Shown piece by piece: positions 32,717-41,693 of a stretch of DNA of 41,813 bases. Within the stretch, counting starts at the first letter, position 1; every line of letters begins with the position of its first letter. The DNA is from a virus, in the IMG/VR virus record IMGVR_UViG_3300045988_117360. One strand, written 5' to 3'. Below the pieces are notes generated by a model, which was not told the origin of the DNA, ran no database searches, and was given only the letters and a program-made list of their open reading frames with translations. Position numbers and translations under genes: made by a program.

Positions 32717-33041
32717 AAAGTACTCTCTGGAAGATGTTCAGGCAGCGGTGTCGAGTATGGTTTCGAGAGATTTAGCGCCTAAGTGCTCTGAGGACCAGCT
32801 GGGTATTATGGCTTTTGCAGGTCTTGCTGAAGAAGCCGGTGAGGTAGCTGGTGTGTTAAAGCGACGTATTAGAGATCAGAAATTCAGAGCGGACCAGATG
32901 CGATCTAATACAGCAGCTCTTAAGTCAGAGATAGGAGATACGTTGTGGTACTTAGCTATGGTATGTAGCTGTGAGCATATCTCTTTAACCGAAGCGTGGC
33001 AAGTAACATTAGAGAAGTTGGAGGAGCGTTATGGTAGATAA
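32709..33041 (+). CDS. MazG-like nucleoside triphosphate pyrophosphohydrolase
   Basis: GLAEEAGEVAGVLKRRIR and EIGDTLWYLAMVC match the EExxE and D-x-L-W-Y type MazG motifs. Confidence 0.7.
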   Translation: MTKKYSLEDVQAAVSSMVSRDLAPKCSEDQLGIMAFAGLAEEAGEVAGVLKRRIRDQKFRADQMRSNTAALKSEIGDTLWYLAMVCSCEHISLTEAWQVTLEKLEERYGR

Positions 33042-33429
33042 GCATTTATGTCGTGAGAGTGAATCTGTTAGAGCATACGAGGGAGGGAGTTTTCGCGATA
33101 GACCTCTTGGAAAGGGCTTATACTCGTGTATGCCTATGAATGCGTTGACTAGAGTAAGTCGTCGATATGAATACGGAGCTGTAAAGTATGGAAACGCTGC
33201 GGCGTACAAGGATGGGCTTCCAGTATCGGACTGCTGGGATAGCGCTATGAGGCATTTAGTAGCATACATGAGCGGAGATAATAGTGAGGATCATTTGGCT
33301 GCATGTATCTGGAATTGTATGGCTATGATGTATATGGAAGAGAAAAAGCCTAAATGGCAGGACATACCGGAGCGACGCAAGTTTAAAGATTTCTCGTACT
33401 TAAATTATACGGAGGGTGATATTAAATGA
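33031..33429 (+). CDS. dATP/dGTP-pyrophosphohydrolase-like domain protein (DUF5664-type)
   Basis: RVSRRYEYGAVKYGN...WDSAMRHLVAYMSGDNSEDHLAACIWNCMAMM follows the pattern of the phage dNTP diphosphohydrolase N-domain as I remember it. Confidence 0.45.
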   Translation: MVDKHLCRESESVRAYEGGSFRDRPLGKGLYSCMPMNALTRVSRRYEYGAVKYGNAAAYKDGLPVSDCWDSAMRHLVAYMSGDNSEDHLAACIWNCMAMMYMEEKKPKWQDIPERRKFKDFSYLNYTEGDIK

Positions 33430-34226
33430 AAATTTTTCACGAGGCCCCTATAGCTATATTTGAGCAAGTACAAGCTGTGACTGACGGAGATTATGCTCTG
33501 GTGCACTTATTGGAGCAGAATAAGAAGTATGCAGAAAAATTCCAGAAAGCTCAGAAACAGGGTCGAGAGATTATTTTAGACAACTCTGTGTTTGAGTTGG
33601 GTGCAGCTTTTGACGAAGAGTTATATGTGCACTGGATTAAAAAGCTGCAACCTACGTGGTACATTGTACCCGATGTGCTCGAAGATTCAGATGCTACTAT
33701 TCAGCGATTGGAGCGTTTTATCTCTAAGTATCCTGAATTACCCGGAAAGCGAATTGGAGTAGCTCAGGGAAAAGACTTACCTACTTTCTTAGAGAGTTTT
33801 AAAGCCGCGAATAAGTATTGCGACAAGGTAGCTATTAGCTTTGACTATAGCTGGTTTGAGTCTGACGAGGTACCTTTACCTATCTTAGATCCAGCAACTT
33901 ATATGGTAGGTCGTCAACAGCTTATGGATTATCTTGCGCAGCACGAATATATAAAGGCAGATAAACCGGTGCATTTGCTAGGCTGTTATTTACCCCAGGA
34001 GTTTAAGCACTACAAGGAGTATGCCGCTTTAATTGGTTCCATAGATACCAGTAATCCATGTGTGCACGGCCTTTATGAAGATGCTTATACCTATGATGGC
34101 TTGAATCATAAGAGATCAATTAAATTGTGTGATCTTGTAGATAGAGATGTAACAGATACGGAGTTGCAGACCGTTATGTGGAACATTCACTGCTTCAGGC
34201 ATTTTTGCGGGGAGAAAGACTTATGA
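33426..34226 (+). CDS. dpdA: DpdA-like DNA (guanine) transglycosylase, TGT fold
   Basis: An ordered set of TGT-like blocks: ILDNSVFEL (cf. tDSGGfQ), GVAQGKD (cf. vQGG), KPVHLLGCYLPQEF (cf. rylMGvGtP) and SIDTSNPCVHG (cf. FDcvxPtR). Confidence 0.55.
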   Translation: MKIFHEAPIAIFEQVQAVTDGDYALVHLLEQNKKYAEKFQKAQKQGREIILDNSVFELGAAFDEELYVHWIKKLQPTWYIVPDVLEDSDATIQRLERFISKYPELPGKRIGVAQGKDLPTFLESFKAANKYCDKVAISFDYSWFESDEVPLPILDPATYMVGRQQLMDYLAQHEYIKADKPVHLLGCYLPQEFKHYKEYAALIGSIDTSNPCVHGLYEDAYTYDGLNHKRSIKLCDLVDRDVTDTELQTVMWNIHCFRHFCGEKDL

Positions 34227-34801
34227 GATGGGTAGCCATGTATTCTAGAACAGGTTCAGAGCTTGTTCAGGTTAGTATGATTCTGCGACGTTATCCAGAT
34301 TTAGTACTTACAGATACACATTCTTGTATGGAGAATCTTCAGCTTTTGCAGAAGTTTTCCGGCAGATTAATACACTCTTCGAACGTGTCAGATCTGTTTA
34401 AGGTGCTAGAGCGTGTTCTTCGAAGCGCGCAATGTGTGAAAGACGAAGGTCTGATTGTTACGTTGCACGGCTTTTTGCATATCATACCTCCGCAACTTTG
34501 CGAGCTAGCCGACGGCTGTATCTTCAACGGTCATCCAGGACTCATTACTGAATATCCAGAGTTAAAAGGTTTAAATCCACAGAAGAGGGCTTGGGAAAGT
34601 AAATATCCTCGTATCGGAGCTGTGTTGCACCAGGTTACTGCGGAAGTAGATTCTGGAGGAATAGTTATGGAGAAAGCATTGGATAATTATAACTACACGA
34701 CCCTGGACGCTGTGTTTGAGGATTTACACGGCATCTCGGTTACTATGTGGTCATCTTTTCTAGAGAGGGTGTTTATTCATGACTGTATTAGACTTAGCTA
34801 A
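34223..34801 (+). CDS. formyltransferase-domain protein (PurN/Fmt fold; DpdN-type candidate)
   Basis: FNGHPGLITEYPELKGLNPQKRAW...GAVLHQVTAEVDSGGIVME matches N-x-H-P-S-L-L-P...G-x-T-x-H-x-V...D-x-G. Start set to the ATG at 34223, which overlaps the DpdA-like stop (ATGA) and has RBS GGGGAGAAAG. Confidence 0.6.
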   Translation: MRWVAMYSRTGSELVQVSMILRRYPDLVLTDTHSCMENLQLLQKFSGRLIHSSNVSDLFKVLERVLRSAQCVKDEGLIVTLHGFLHIIPPQLCELADGCIFNGHPGLITEYPELKGLNPQKRAWESKYPRIGAVLHQVTAEVDSGGIVMEKALDNYNYTTLDAVFEDLHGISVTMWSSFLERVFIHDCIRLS

Positions 34802-36914
34802 GAAAATTGTTCCAGGGTTCCCGGCGGATAGAGAGATCCGAGGCACACAGGACAGACAGAAGTGGTACAGGTGGCAGTTTTCAACTAAGACACTGTATAC
34901 ACCTGGGTGCAATGTGTTAAGAGTAAACCCGCTAGAGTTAGATAATTTTATAGAAGCAGTGCAGGCCTTCGCGATCGCAGATTTAAGTGCAAGTACTTAC
35001 GATTGGGAGAATTTGCATCTATACGACTTTCACGGTGTAACCTTAGTACAGGGTTTCGAGCTGTTAAATAAGGTGTTAGATAACGTGGAGTACGTGGCTT
35101 GCGATATTGAGACGCGTAGAGTTGAATGGGAGGACAATAAGCTCTTGTCCATTGGCTTTGCAACAGACGATAGTACTTGCTATGCTTTTTATGATATTCC
35201 AATTACTGGAGCTAGCGGAGACGGTCACAGCTCCGAGGTATACGGTCTTCTAGAGGCAACGCTGCAACGTAGAGATGTAAAGTTTACCTGGCACAACGGT
35301 AAGTTTGACTGTGGTCGTCTAAAGTATCTATGTAATTTAGATGCGCATATAGATGAAGACACTATGCTTTTGCACTATGTTAGAATAAACGAGACTAAGG
35401 GTACACATGGCTTGAAAGCCTTAGGTCAACTCTACCTTCAGGCTCCAGCTTGGGACGACGAGCTTGACAAACTAAAGCGGGAGTGGTGCAAGCAGCACAA
35501 GATCAAGCTTAAAGATTTTATGTACGATTACATTCCAACATCTATCTTAATTCCTTATATGCAGCGTGACTGTATAGCAACTTATAGACTGCGTAGCTGT
35601 TTAGAAGCTTTAGCTTCTCCTAGAACGTATGACGTATATCGGAGATTAGTTAGGGCGTCTGAAGTGTACATGCATGTTGAGCTTGCAGGTATGCAATTAG
35701 ATATGCCTTATCTGGAAGACCTGGAGTGGGAGTTAGAGAAGGACATTAAGCATGCACAGGAGAGGTTGTCTAATGTATCTGCTCAGATATGGAATCCTAT
35801 ACAGTATGCAAAAGATACCGGAGCTAAATCTTTTAACACAGAAGCGTTTAACGTGAAGTCTCCTAAGCAGTTAACATGGATGCTTAAGCAGGTGTTAGGC
35901 TACGAGCCGCCTAGTACAGACGCTGCGACCTTACAAGAACTTATGCATGAGATAGAATTAGGCAGGATTAAGAATCCCTTAGCTAGAGATTTTATAGAAA
36001 GTATAAGTACTTTAAGACAGTGCAACAAGTATATGGATACATATGTGCAAGGTCTTCGTGAAGGTGTCTGCAGAGACGGACGTATAAGAGGTACTTATAA
36101 CTTACATGGTACCGAAACGGGTCGATTGAGCTCAAGTGAGCCGAATATGCAAAATATGCCTAGAAATAAGAAGATAAAAAATCTGCTACGTAGTGGGCCT
36201 GGATATAAGCTCTTGCAGTTAGACTATTCTCAGGCAGAGTTGCGAGTATTGGCTTATAGCAGCGGAGATCCATATATGATAGATGCTTATAGACACGATA
36301 AGGACTTTCATAGCGCTGTTGCTGAGGAGATGTTTGGACCAGAGTTTACGAAGGAGCAACGAAATATGGCTAAGACTATAAATTTCGGTATTGCTTATGG
36401 ACGTGGACCTTCTTCTATAGCCGAGGCCTTTGGAAAGTCTATGGCGGAGTCTAGGGAGATAATTGAGAAATGGTATAGACCTATGCCTAAGGTTAAAGAG
36501 TACATTCAAGGCAGACGATTAGCCGCGGATCGAGGCGATCCCTGTATTACAGTTTTCGGCAGAGAAAGACATTTTGTACTTACAGACGATAATCGTCATC
36601 ATGTTCAAAATGAATATATTAATACACCAATTCAGTCTATAGCAAGTGACTTGACTATGATTTCGCTACTTACTATTGCAGACTGGATAGAGCAGAATCA
36701 CATACACGCCAGAGTGGTTGCGACTGTTCACGACTCCATTATCTTAGAAGTGGAAGCTGACGATCGCTTAATAGACACTGTAGCTAAGAAATGTTTAAAC
36801 ATCATGGCTACGGTACCCACTCAATACTTGCCTAATTGTACGGTGCCTTTTAAGGCAGATGCTGAAGTAGGTTACAGCTATGGAGGTCTAGAAGAATGGA
36901 AACCGTTAAAGTAA
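34779..36914 (+). CDS. family A DNA polymerase with 3'-5' exonuclease domain
   Basis: Exonuclease motifs ACDIETRR and HNGKFD. Polymerase motif A LLQLDYSQAELRVLA, motif B RNMAKTINFGIAYG, motif C VATVHDSIILEV. Confidence 0.9.
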   Translation: MTVLDLAKKIVPGFPADREIRGTQDRQKWYRWQFSTKTLYTPGCNVLRVNPLELDNFIEAVQAFAIADLSASTYDWENLHLYDFHGVTLVQGFELLNKVLDNVEYVACDIETRRVEWEDNKLLSIGFATDDSTCYAFYDIPITGASGDGHSSEVYGLLEATLQRRDVKFTWHNGKFDCGRLKYLCNLDAHIDEDTMLLHYVRINETKGTHGLKALGQLYLQAPAWDDELDKLKREWCKQHKIKLKDFMYDYIPTSILIPYMQRDCIATYRLRSCLEALASPRTYDVYRRLVRASEVYMHVELAGMQLDMPYLEDLEWELEKDIKHAQERLSNVSAQIWNPIQYAKDTGAKSFNTEAFNVKSPKQLTWMLKQVLGYEPPSTDAATLQELMHEIELGRIKNPLARDFIESISTLRQCNKYMDTYVQGLREGVCRDGRIRGTYNLHGTETGRLSSSEPNMQNMPRNKKIKNLLRSGPGYKLLQLDYSQAELRVLAYSSGDPYMIDAYRHDKDFHSAVAEEMFGPEFTKEQRNMAKTINFGIAYGRGPSSIAEAFGKSMAESREIIEKWYRPMPKVKEYIQGRRLAADRGDPCITVFGRERHFVLTDDNRHHVQNEYINTPIQSIASDLTMISLLTIADWIEQNHIHARVVATVHDSIILEVEADDRLIDTVAKKCLNIMATVPTQYLPNCTVPFKADAEVGYSYGGLEEWKPLK

Positions 36915-38410
36915 AGACAATCTATGGTACTCCGGACTCAAAGTACTTAAAGGTATATTTAGAAAATTCTCAGGATTTACAGCGGTTCTTAGGTCACGGA
37001 GTGTGGAATAGGGCTGGCTGGGTAAACGTGGAGAATAATTTGATAAATCAGATGCTGTTAGGCATGCATGAGTCAATAGATCCTTTACCTTTGAAGTTTA
37101 ATGACAATTTAAAGCCGTATCAAAAAGTTGATGTAGGTCGTATAGTTGCACATAGGAATATCTTAAATAGAAATCCTATGGGGCTAGGAAAGACTGTAGA
37201 GGCTGTAGCGGCGTTAAAAGAGTTGCAGATACATAGAGCTTTGATTGTAGTACCTAAACCCTGCATTGCTCAATGGATAAAAACATTTAAGGTATGGTAC
37301 CCTGCTGCAGAGGTGTCTAGTGATTTAAGAGCAGATGGAATAGTCGTTACCAACTATGAGCAGGTAGCCATTGATAAAAACTTAATGTATTTAAAGACTA
37401 TTTCGTGGGAATACCTTATCGTAGATGAGGCGCATCGATTGAAAAATCGTAAGAGTAAGAGAACTTGCGCAATAAAGCAGCTTCCCGCTCAACGCAGAAT
37501 GGCTATGACCGGTACACCTGTACTTAGACGGCTTGACGATTTGTGGAGTGTTTTAAATTTCCTAGACTGGAAATACTCAGGATTAAGCTATTGGAACTTC
37601 GTATACTACTTCTGTCAAGTATCAGACACCTTTTGGGGAAAGCAAATTACAGGGGTTACAGATAACTCCGAGAGACTAGAGCTATTAAGTAATCTCTTAT
37701 CTGAGATTTCAATATATAATCGTATGGAGATTGCTCAAGGTAAGCTAGTTACGGAAATTCCACTAGCCATGGAGAAGTCTCAGAGAACTCTTTATGACAA
37801 TATTCGAAAGTTAGTTCTGGATGAGCTTCCAGAGGATTGCTCGATACCTAACGGTGCTGTATGTACTATGCGATTACGACAGGTTACATCTTATCCTGGA
37901 AGCATAGATAAGAATAAGAAAGACTTCTGGGGAATTAAGTTTCAATGGATAAGATGCTTTGCCGAAGATCATCCAGGTACAAAGATCTGTATATTTACTA
38001 AATTCGAGACTGCAGCCAGAGCGTTAACCAAGTTCTTAAACGACGCTAAAATTACCAGCGTGAGTATTACTGGTAAGATTGATGAGGAAACTCGATATAT
38101 TAATAAGCAGAGGTTTTTAAAAGAGAGCGATGTTCAGTGCTTCATAGGAACTATCGATGCAATAGGTCAAGGTTTCGACGAGTTGCAAAATGTCTGCAAC
38201 GTTGGAGTATTCCTAGATAAGGACTTTTCACCTATGATCAATGAGCAAGTTGAGGAGAGGTTGCACCGTATGGGGCAACAGAATGTGGTATTTATCTACT
38301 ACCTCACATGTGAGAAATCTTTTGATGAGCGTGTAGGAAAGATAAATATTTCAAAAGCAAATGATATAAGGAGAGCTTTACAGGATGAAGAAGAGTATCA
38401 TAGCACTTGA
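36896..38410 (+). CDS. SNF2-family (DEAH-type) helicase
   Basis: NPMGLGKT (motif I), VDEAHRLKN (motif II), and a C-terminal helicase domain with IGTIDAIGQGFD. Confidence 0.8.
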   Translation: METVKVKTIYGTPDSKYLKVYLENSQDLQRFLGHGVWNRAGWVNVENNLINQMLLGMHESIDPLPLKFNDNLKPYQKVDVGRIVAHRNILNRNPMGLGKTVEAVAALKELQIHRALIVVPKPCIAQWIKTFKVWYPAAEVSSDLRADGIVVTNYEQVAIDKNLMYLKTISWEYLIVDEAHRLKNRKSKRTCAIKQLPAQRRMAMTGTPVLRRLDDLWSVLNFLDWKYSGLSYWNFVYYFCQVSDTFWGKQITGVTDNSERLELLSNLLSEISIYNRMEIAQGKLVTEIPLAMEKSQRTLYDNIRKLVLDELPEDCSIPNGAVCTMRLRQVTSYPGSIDKNKKDFWGIKFQWIRCFAEDHPGTKICIFTKFETAARALTKFLNDAKITSVSITGKIDEETRYINKQRFLKESDVQCFIGTIDAIGQGFDELQNVCNVGVFLDKDFSPMINEQVEERLHRMGQQNVVFIYYLTCEKSFDERVGKINISKANDIRRALQDEEEYHST

Positions 38411-38804
38411 CCCCGGAGAAAGTACAGGATGGGTATTTGTAGATACACATGATAGGCTTACCGGAGGAACTGCGCCTAAGAACCATTTAGAGGTTGTAAG
38501 GTTGCTGGAGATGTGTAGTCCAGATATTGTAGTAATTGAACGATTTAACCTATACCCTGGTATGGCTAAGTCCCTAGCGTGGAATAGTTTTTATCCTTGC
38601 GAGGTAATCGGTGTGGTAAAATGCTACTGCATGCAGCATGGAATTGCAATAGTTGAACAGGCACCTAGTGTAAAGAAGTATGCCGGAGGTTTAAAAGATG
38701 ACTGGGCGCAACTTAAACATACAGTACGTACAACCGAGCATACAAAAGACGCATATCAGCACCTTAAGTACTACTTACGAAATGGAGGAAAGAAGTATAT
38801 ATGA
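38385..38804 (+). CDS. RuvC-like Holliday junction resolvase
   Basis: IIALDPGESTGW (first catalytic Asp) and DIVVIERF (Glu). 139 aa. Confidence 0.65.
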   Translation: MKKSIIALDPGESTGWVFVDTHDRLTGGTAPKNHLEVVRLLEMCSPDIVVIERFNLYPGMAKSLAWNSFYPCEVIGVVKCYCMQHGIAIVEQAPSVKKYAGGLKDDWAQLKHTVRTTEHTKDAYQHLKYYLRNGGKKYI

Positions 38805-38935
38805 AACCTTGGCAAAGATTTTTAGCTGGATTTGTTACAGTAGTGATTATTGTTCTTGTCGTAGCTCTAGGCCTTGCAATAATCTCCGCAAGTGTTAAAG
38901 GCCTGCTATGGCTTATCTTTCTACTGTTTGAGTAG
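38801..38935 (+). CDS. small membrane protein (44 aa), not in the supplied ORF track
   Basis: ATG overlaps the RuvC-like stop (ATGA). Translation is MKPWQRFLAGFVTVVIIVLVVALGLAIISASVKGLLWLIFLLFE. Confidence 0.5.
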   Translation: MKPWQRFLAGFVTVVIIVLVVALGLAIISASVKGLLWLIFLLFE

Positions 38936-38944
38936 AAAATAAAA

Positions 38945-38980
38945 ATCCCGGAGAACCTCGCCTCCGGGATCTTTTTTTTT
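38945..38980. terminator. bidirectional rho-independent terminator between the convergent plus and minus blocks
   Basis: ATCCCGGAG-loop-CTCCGGGAT with an A-run upstream and T9 downstream. Confidence 0.8.
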
Positions 38981-39413
38981 AGCTGAAATACCTCTCTACT
39001 TTAAACGGCTCTGCGTCTGGATCGAATATAAAGTCCTTTGCCAAGTTAAAGTAGAAATTCGTATCATTTTGTAAGTTGTAAGCTTTGGCAGTGTTATAAT
39101 AATCATTATAGCACATGTTCATTACAAGATACCAGTTTACGTAATTAGTGGTAATACCTTGAGTAGTTACATAGTCTTTAACCTGGTTATACGACCAGCA
39201 CTGACCTTTAGGCTCCATATGTCTTACTATTTTAGTGGCTTCTTCTTCCGTAATACAATACGCTATTTCCTTTAAGTAGTCTGTAATACGTTTATACTCA
39301 GAGCTGTTGCAGGTTTTTAAAGCGTGTAGAGATTCTGAGACCTCTTCGACGAGTTCTTGCTTATCTGTAGCTTTCTCTATTGCCTTAGATAGAAGCATAT
39401 GCATTTCATCCAT
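38979..39413 (-). CDS. hypothetical protein
   Basis: 144-aa ORF, last gene of the right-arm minus cluster. Confidence 0.6.
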   Translation of the reverse strand: MDEMHMLLSKAIEKATDKQELVEEVSESLHALKTCNSSEYKRITDYLKEIAYCITEEEATKIVRHMEPKGQCWSYNQVKDYVTTQGITTNYVNWYLVMNMCYNDYYNTAKAYNLQNDTNFYFNLAKDFIFDPDAEPFKVERYFS

Positions 39414-39455
39414 CGGAAATCGCCTCCAATACTTTATTAATCTTTCGTTCGCTAC

Positions 39456-39854
39456 TTAACATACTTTATACACAAATGCGTTAGCACTTGTCAGTGTCCC
39501 CGCTGCAGAAGCTACGAAAGTAATCGGCACGGAGCCTGCTGCAGATGCTACAGTACGTATATATTTGGAGGGGATATTGAAAGTATACGTAGATCCTGCA
39601 TCTGCTGTAAATGTTGCTACTGCTGTAGGACTGGTTGCACCGCTTACCTGCATGCTGATAGATACAGTGCCCGCAGCGGTAGGAGTAAATACAAAAGAGC
39701 CGCCGACATTGTAAATACCCGGACGTCGTATATTCAAAGAGTTGTTGACACTGTCAAAGGATGTCTTGTTATTAGTATTAAAGAATACTGTAGTAAAAGG
39801 TATTTTACCATTAGCTGCGACAGCTGTACTGGTTGTATTGCCTACTTCTAACAT
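39456..39854 (-). CDS. BclA-C-terminal-domain-like (C1q/TNF-type jelly roll) protein
   Basis: 132 aa, Thr/Ser/Ala-rich beta pattern (IPFTTVFFNTNN...RRPGIYNVGGSFVFTP...VSISMQVSG) reminiscent of exosporium BclA C-domains. RBS AAGGAGAG. Confidence 0.35.
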   Translation of the reverse strand: MLEVGNTTSTAVAANGKIPFTTVFFNTNNKTSFDSVNNSLNIRRPGIYNVGGSFVFTPTAAGTVSISMQVSGATSPTAVATFTADAGSTYTFNIPSKYIRTVASAAGSVPITFVASAAGTLTSANAFVYKVC

Positions 39855-39880
39855 TATTATCTCTCCTTAAAATAACATTA

Positions 39881-39900
39881 GGGGCATCTATTGATGCCCC
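39881..39900 (-). terminator. GC-rich hairpin (GGGGCATC-TATT-GATGCCCC) downstream of 39923..40519
   Basis: 8-bp perfect stem. On the minus strand it is followed by TAATGTTATTTT. Confidence 0.45.
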
Positions 39901-39922
39901 CGGTTGAGCACCTTGCGTGCTA

Positions 39923-40519
39923 TTATGCGGTTGTTACTCCGCCATAGAATCCGTAGTTGTTACAGTCTGCTCCGCAGCCGCAGTAAGGATTGGATACCTG
40001 GTATGCGGGTACAGGGAAGGGTCTCAGCGCCTGAGTCAAGTATGCGTTCTGAGCACACTGTGACTGTGCTAACGAAAGTTCCTGAACTTTGTCTCTTAAA
40101 GCTTGTACTTCGTTTGCAGTAATCAATGCTCTGGTCTGCTCACCTTCGGCGTGTATCGCTGTAGTGATTGCGCAAGTATTCTGTGCGTTCTCATGACGTA
40201 CTGCGTCTATATTGCGATTGGTATCGCAGCAACAAGATGCGAGCTGATTCTGTAAAGCTCGACCTTCCGAAGTAATCGAATTGTTGAGTGCGAAAGTACT
40301 GTCGCAAATGCCGTTGCCTATGCGATCAATTTTCTGATCGAGGCCCTGGAACTGCTGTCCGAAGAGAATTTCCTGAGTAGTTGCGTCGTTGGGGCGGTTT
40401 ATACCGTTACCTCCAAATCCGAAAAGGAATAAGAATAAGATGATTATCCACATCCAGTTATCTTCCCTGTCTTCTCCGGTAGCAGCGGCGATATCCGCAA
40501 GAGAATAGTTACTTTCCAT
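39923..40519 (-). CDS. membrane-anchored Cys-rich protein, unknown function
   Basis: 198 aa, one TM helix (WMWIIILFLFLFGFGG), a helical region, and Cys clusters (SCCCDT, CGCGADC). Confidence 0.6.
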   Translation of the reverse strand: MESNYSLADIAAATGEDREDNWMWIIILFLFLFGFGGNGINRPNDATTQEILFGQQFQGLDQKIDRIGNGICDSTFALNNSITSEGRALQNQLASCCCDTNRNIDAVRHENAQNTCAITTAIHAEGEQTRALITANEVQALRDKVQELSLAQSQCAQNAYLTQALRPFPVPAYQVSNPYCGCGADCNNYGFYGGVTTA

Positions 40520-40573
40520 TAGGAAGTCTCCTTTTATTTTATTTATTCAAAATCGCGTCGACTCGATTGAATA

Positions 40574-40777
40574 CTATTTTAATATTCCTCGCAACTGCTG
40601 TGCTGTTTGCATCAGCTGTTGTAGTTGCGGATTCGATATCTTACCCTGGCGTAATAGATTCATTACAGCCTGTTTAGGATTATGTCCCTGCATTGAGGAT
40701 TTGAACTGCTTAAACTGTTCTAACATCTCACTTGGACTGTTTTGATTTGGGAGTTGCTGTAGTATCGGGTTGTTCAT
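40574..40777 (-). CDS. small Gln-rich protein
   Basis: 67 aa. The ATG at 40777 has a GGAGG RBS and overlaps the 3' end of the upstream ORF by 50 nt. An alternative ATG at 40726 would remove the overlap. Confidence 0.5.
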   Translation of the reverse strand: MNNPILQQLPNQNSPSEMLEQFKQFKSSMQGHNPKQAVMNLLRQGKISNPQLQQLMQTAQQLRGILK

Positions 40778-41084
40778 TTATCTTCGCCTCCAAAGATGAT
40801 ATTTTATTTTCAAGAGCGATTATACGGTCTTCCACATTTACCTTCTCAGGGTCTTTATGCGCAATAATATCGTATGCCGTTACTGTACCGTACCCTGCGC
40901 CGTCTGTAGTCTTTAAATAAACTATTGGAGCAGTCTCGTCCAGCAGAAGAATACTGGAGTTCGGAGCTAGTGTATAGGAGTTGGCTCCGTTTAGTCCATT
41001 GACTCTTACTACGGACGTGGCCTCAAAAGTAGCCAATCGTTGCTGATAGTTATTCATAGGATAACCATTAAATGCGTTATACAT
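40728..41084 (-). CDS. hypothetical protein
   Basis: 118-aa ORF with a C-terminal coiled-coil segment (RIIALENKISSLEAKINE). Confidence 0.6.
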   Translation of the reverse strand: MYNAFNGYPMNNYQQRLATFEATSVVRVNGLNGANSYTLAPNSSILLLDETAPIVYLKTTDGAGYGTVTAYDIIAHKDPEKVNVEDRIIALENKISSLEAKINEQPDTTATPKSKQSK

Positions 41085-41253
41085 ATATTATCTCCTTTGG
41101 TTGAAATTTATAAACGCCTATTTTGACCTTATCATTACGCATATGCGTTTTTACATAGAATGTGTTTGAGTTGTAATCCATAAATATCATGCTGTCACAG
41201 AGAGATACCGGAAAGTCTTTTACCTCATCTATACCATTCACAGATATAATCAT
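41077..41253 (-). CDS. small hypothetical protein
   Basis: Start trimmed from 41271 to the ATG at 41253, because AGGAGG lies 9 nt upstream of it. Confidence 0.5.
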   Translation of the reverse strand: MIISVNGIDEVKDFPVSLCDSMIFMDYNSNTFYVKTHMRNDKVKIGVYKFQPKEIIYV

Positions 41254-41325
41254 AATAGTAGTCCTCCTCATATGATTCTATATAGTCAGAATACACATTA
41301 TCTCCTTCTTTCTAACTATATTATA

Positions 41326-41362
41326 GTATAAAAAATAAAGGGTAATCCTTTGATTACCCTTT
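41326..41362 (-). terminator. rho-independent terminator after the sigma-like regulator gene
   Basis: 11-bp stem AAAGGGTAATC / GATTACCCTTT with a 4-nt loop. On the minus strand it is followed by ATTTTTT. Confidence 0.75.
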
Positions 41363-41382
41363 AAAAACCCTTTAAGAATCCT

Positions 41383-41655
41383 TTACAGAACCTTTAAGAT
41401 TTTATCTTTAATAGAACGTATGCGCCTCTCAACTTTGCTTACGCTGTATTGTCCTCCAGGTATTTCCTTGCCATGTATCCTCTCCATTTCAAAGGAAATT
41501 TTTAATACACTGAAGCCTCGAGCTCGCATCTGAAAAATCTCTAGCTCTTCATCCGTAAATCCACAGGCCCGCTCGAAGTAGTCTTTTTCAGCGGTTGAGA
41601 ATTGCAGATTACATTTACTTCCTTTTACGAGTAGCTTTTCCTTTGGATTTTCCAT
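41383..41655 (-). CDS. sigma-70 region-4-like HTH protein (putative phage transcription activator)
   Basis: 90 aa. FTDEELEIFQMRARGFSVLKISFEM...VSKVERRIRSIKDKI has the region-4/LuxR-type HTH pattern. Confidence 0.5.
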   Translation of the reverse strand: MENPKEKLLVKGSKCNLQFSTAEKDYFERACGFTDEELEIFQMRARGFSVLKISFEMERIHGKEIPGGQYSVSKVERRIRSIKDKILKVL

Positions 41656-41693
41656 TCTTCTTAGTCCTCGACTTCCTAGTGGTCACCTTAGCC

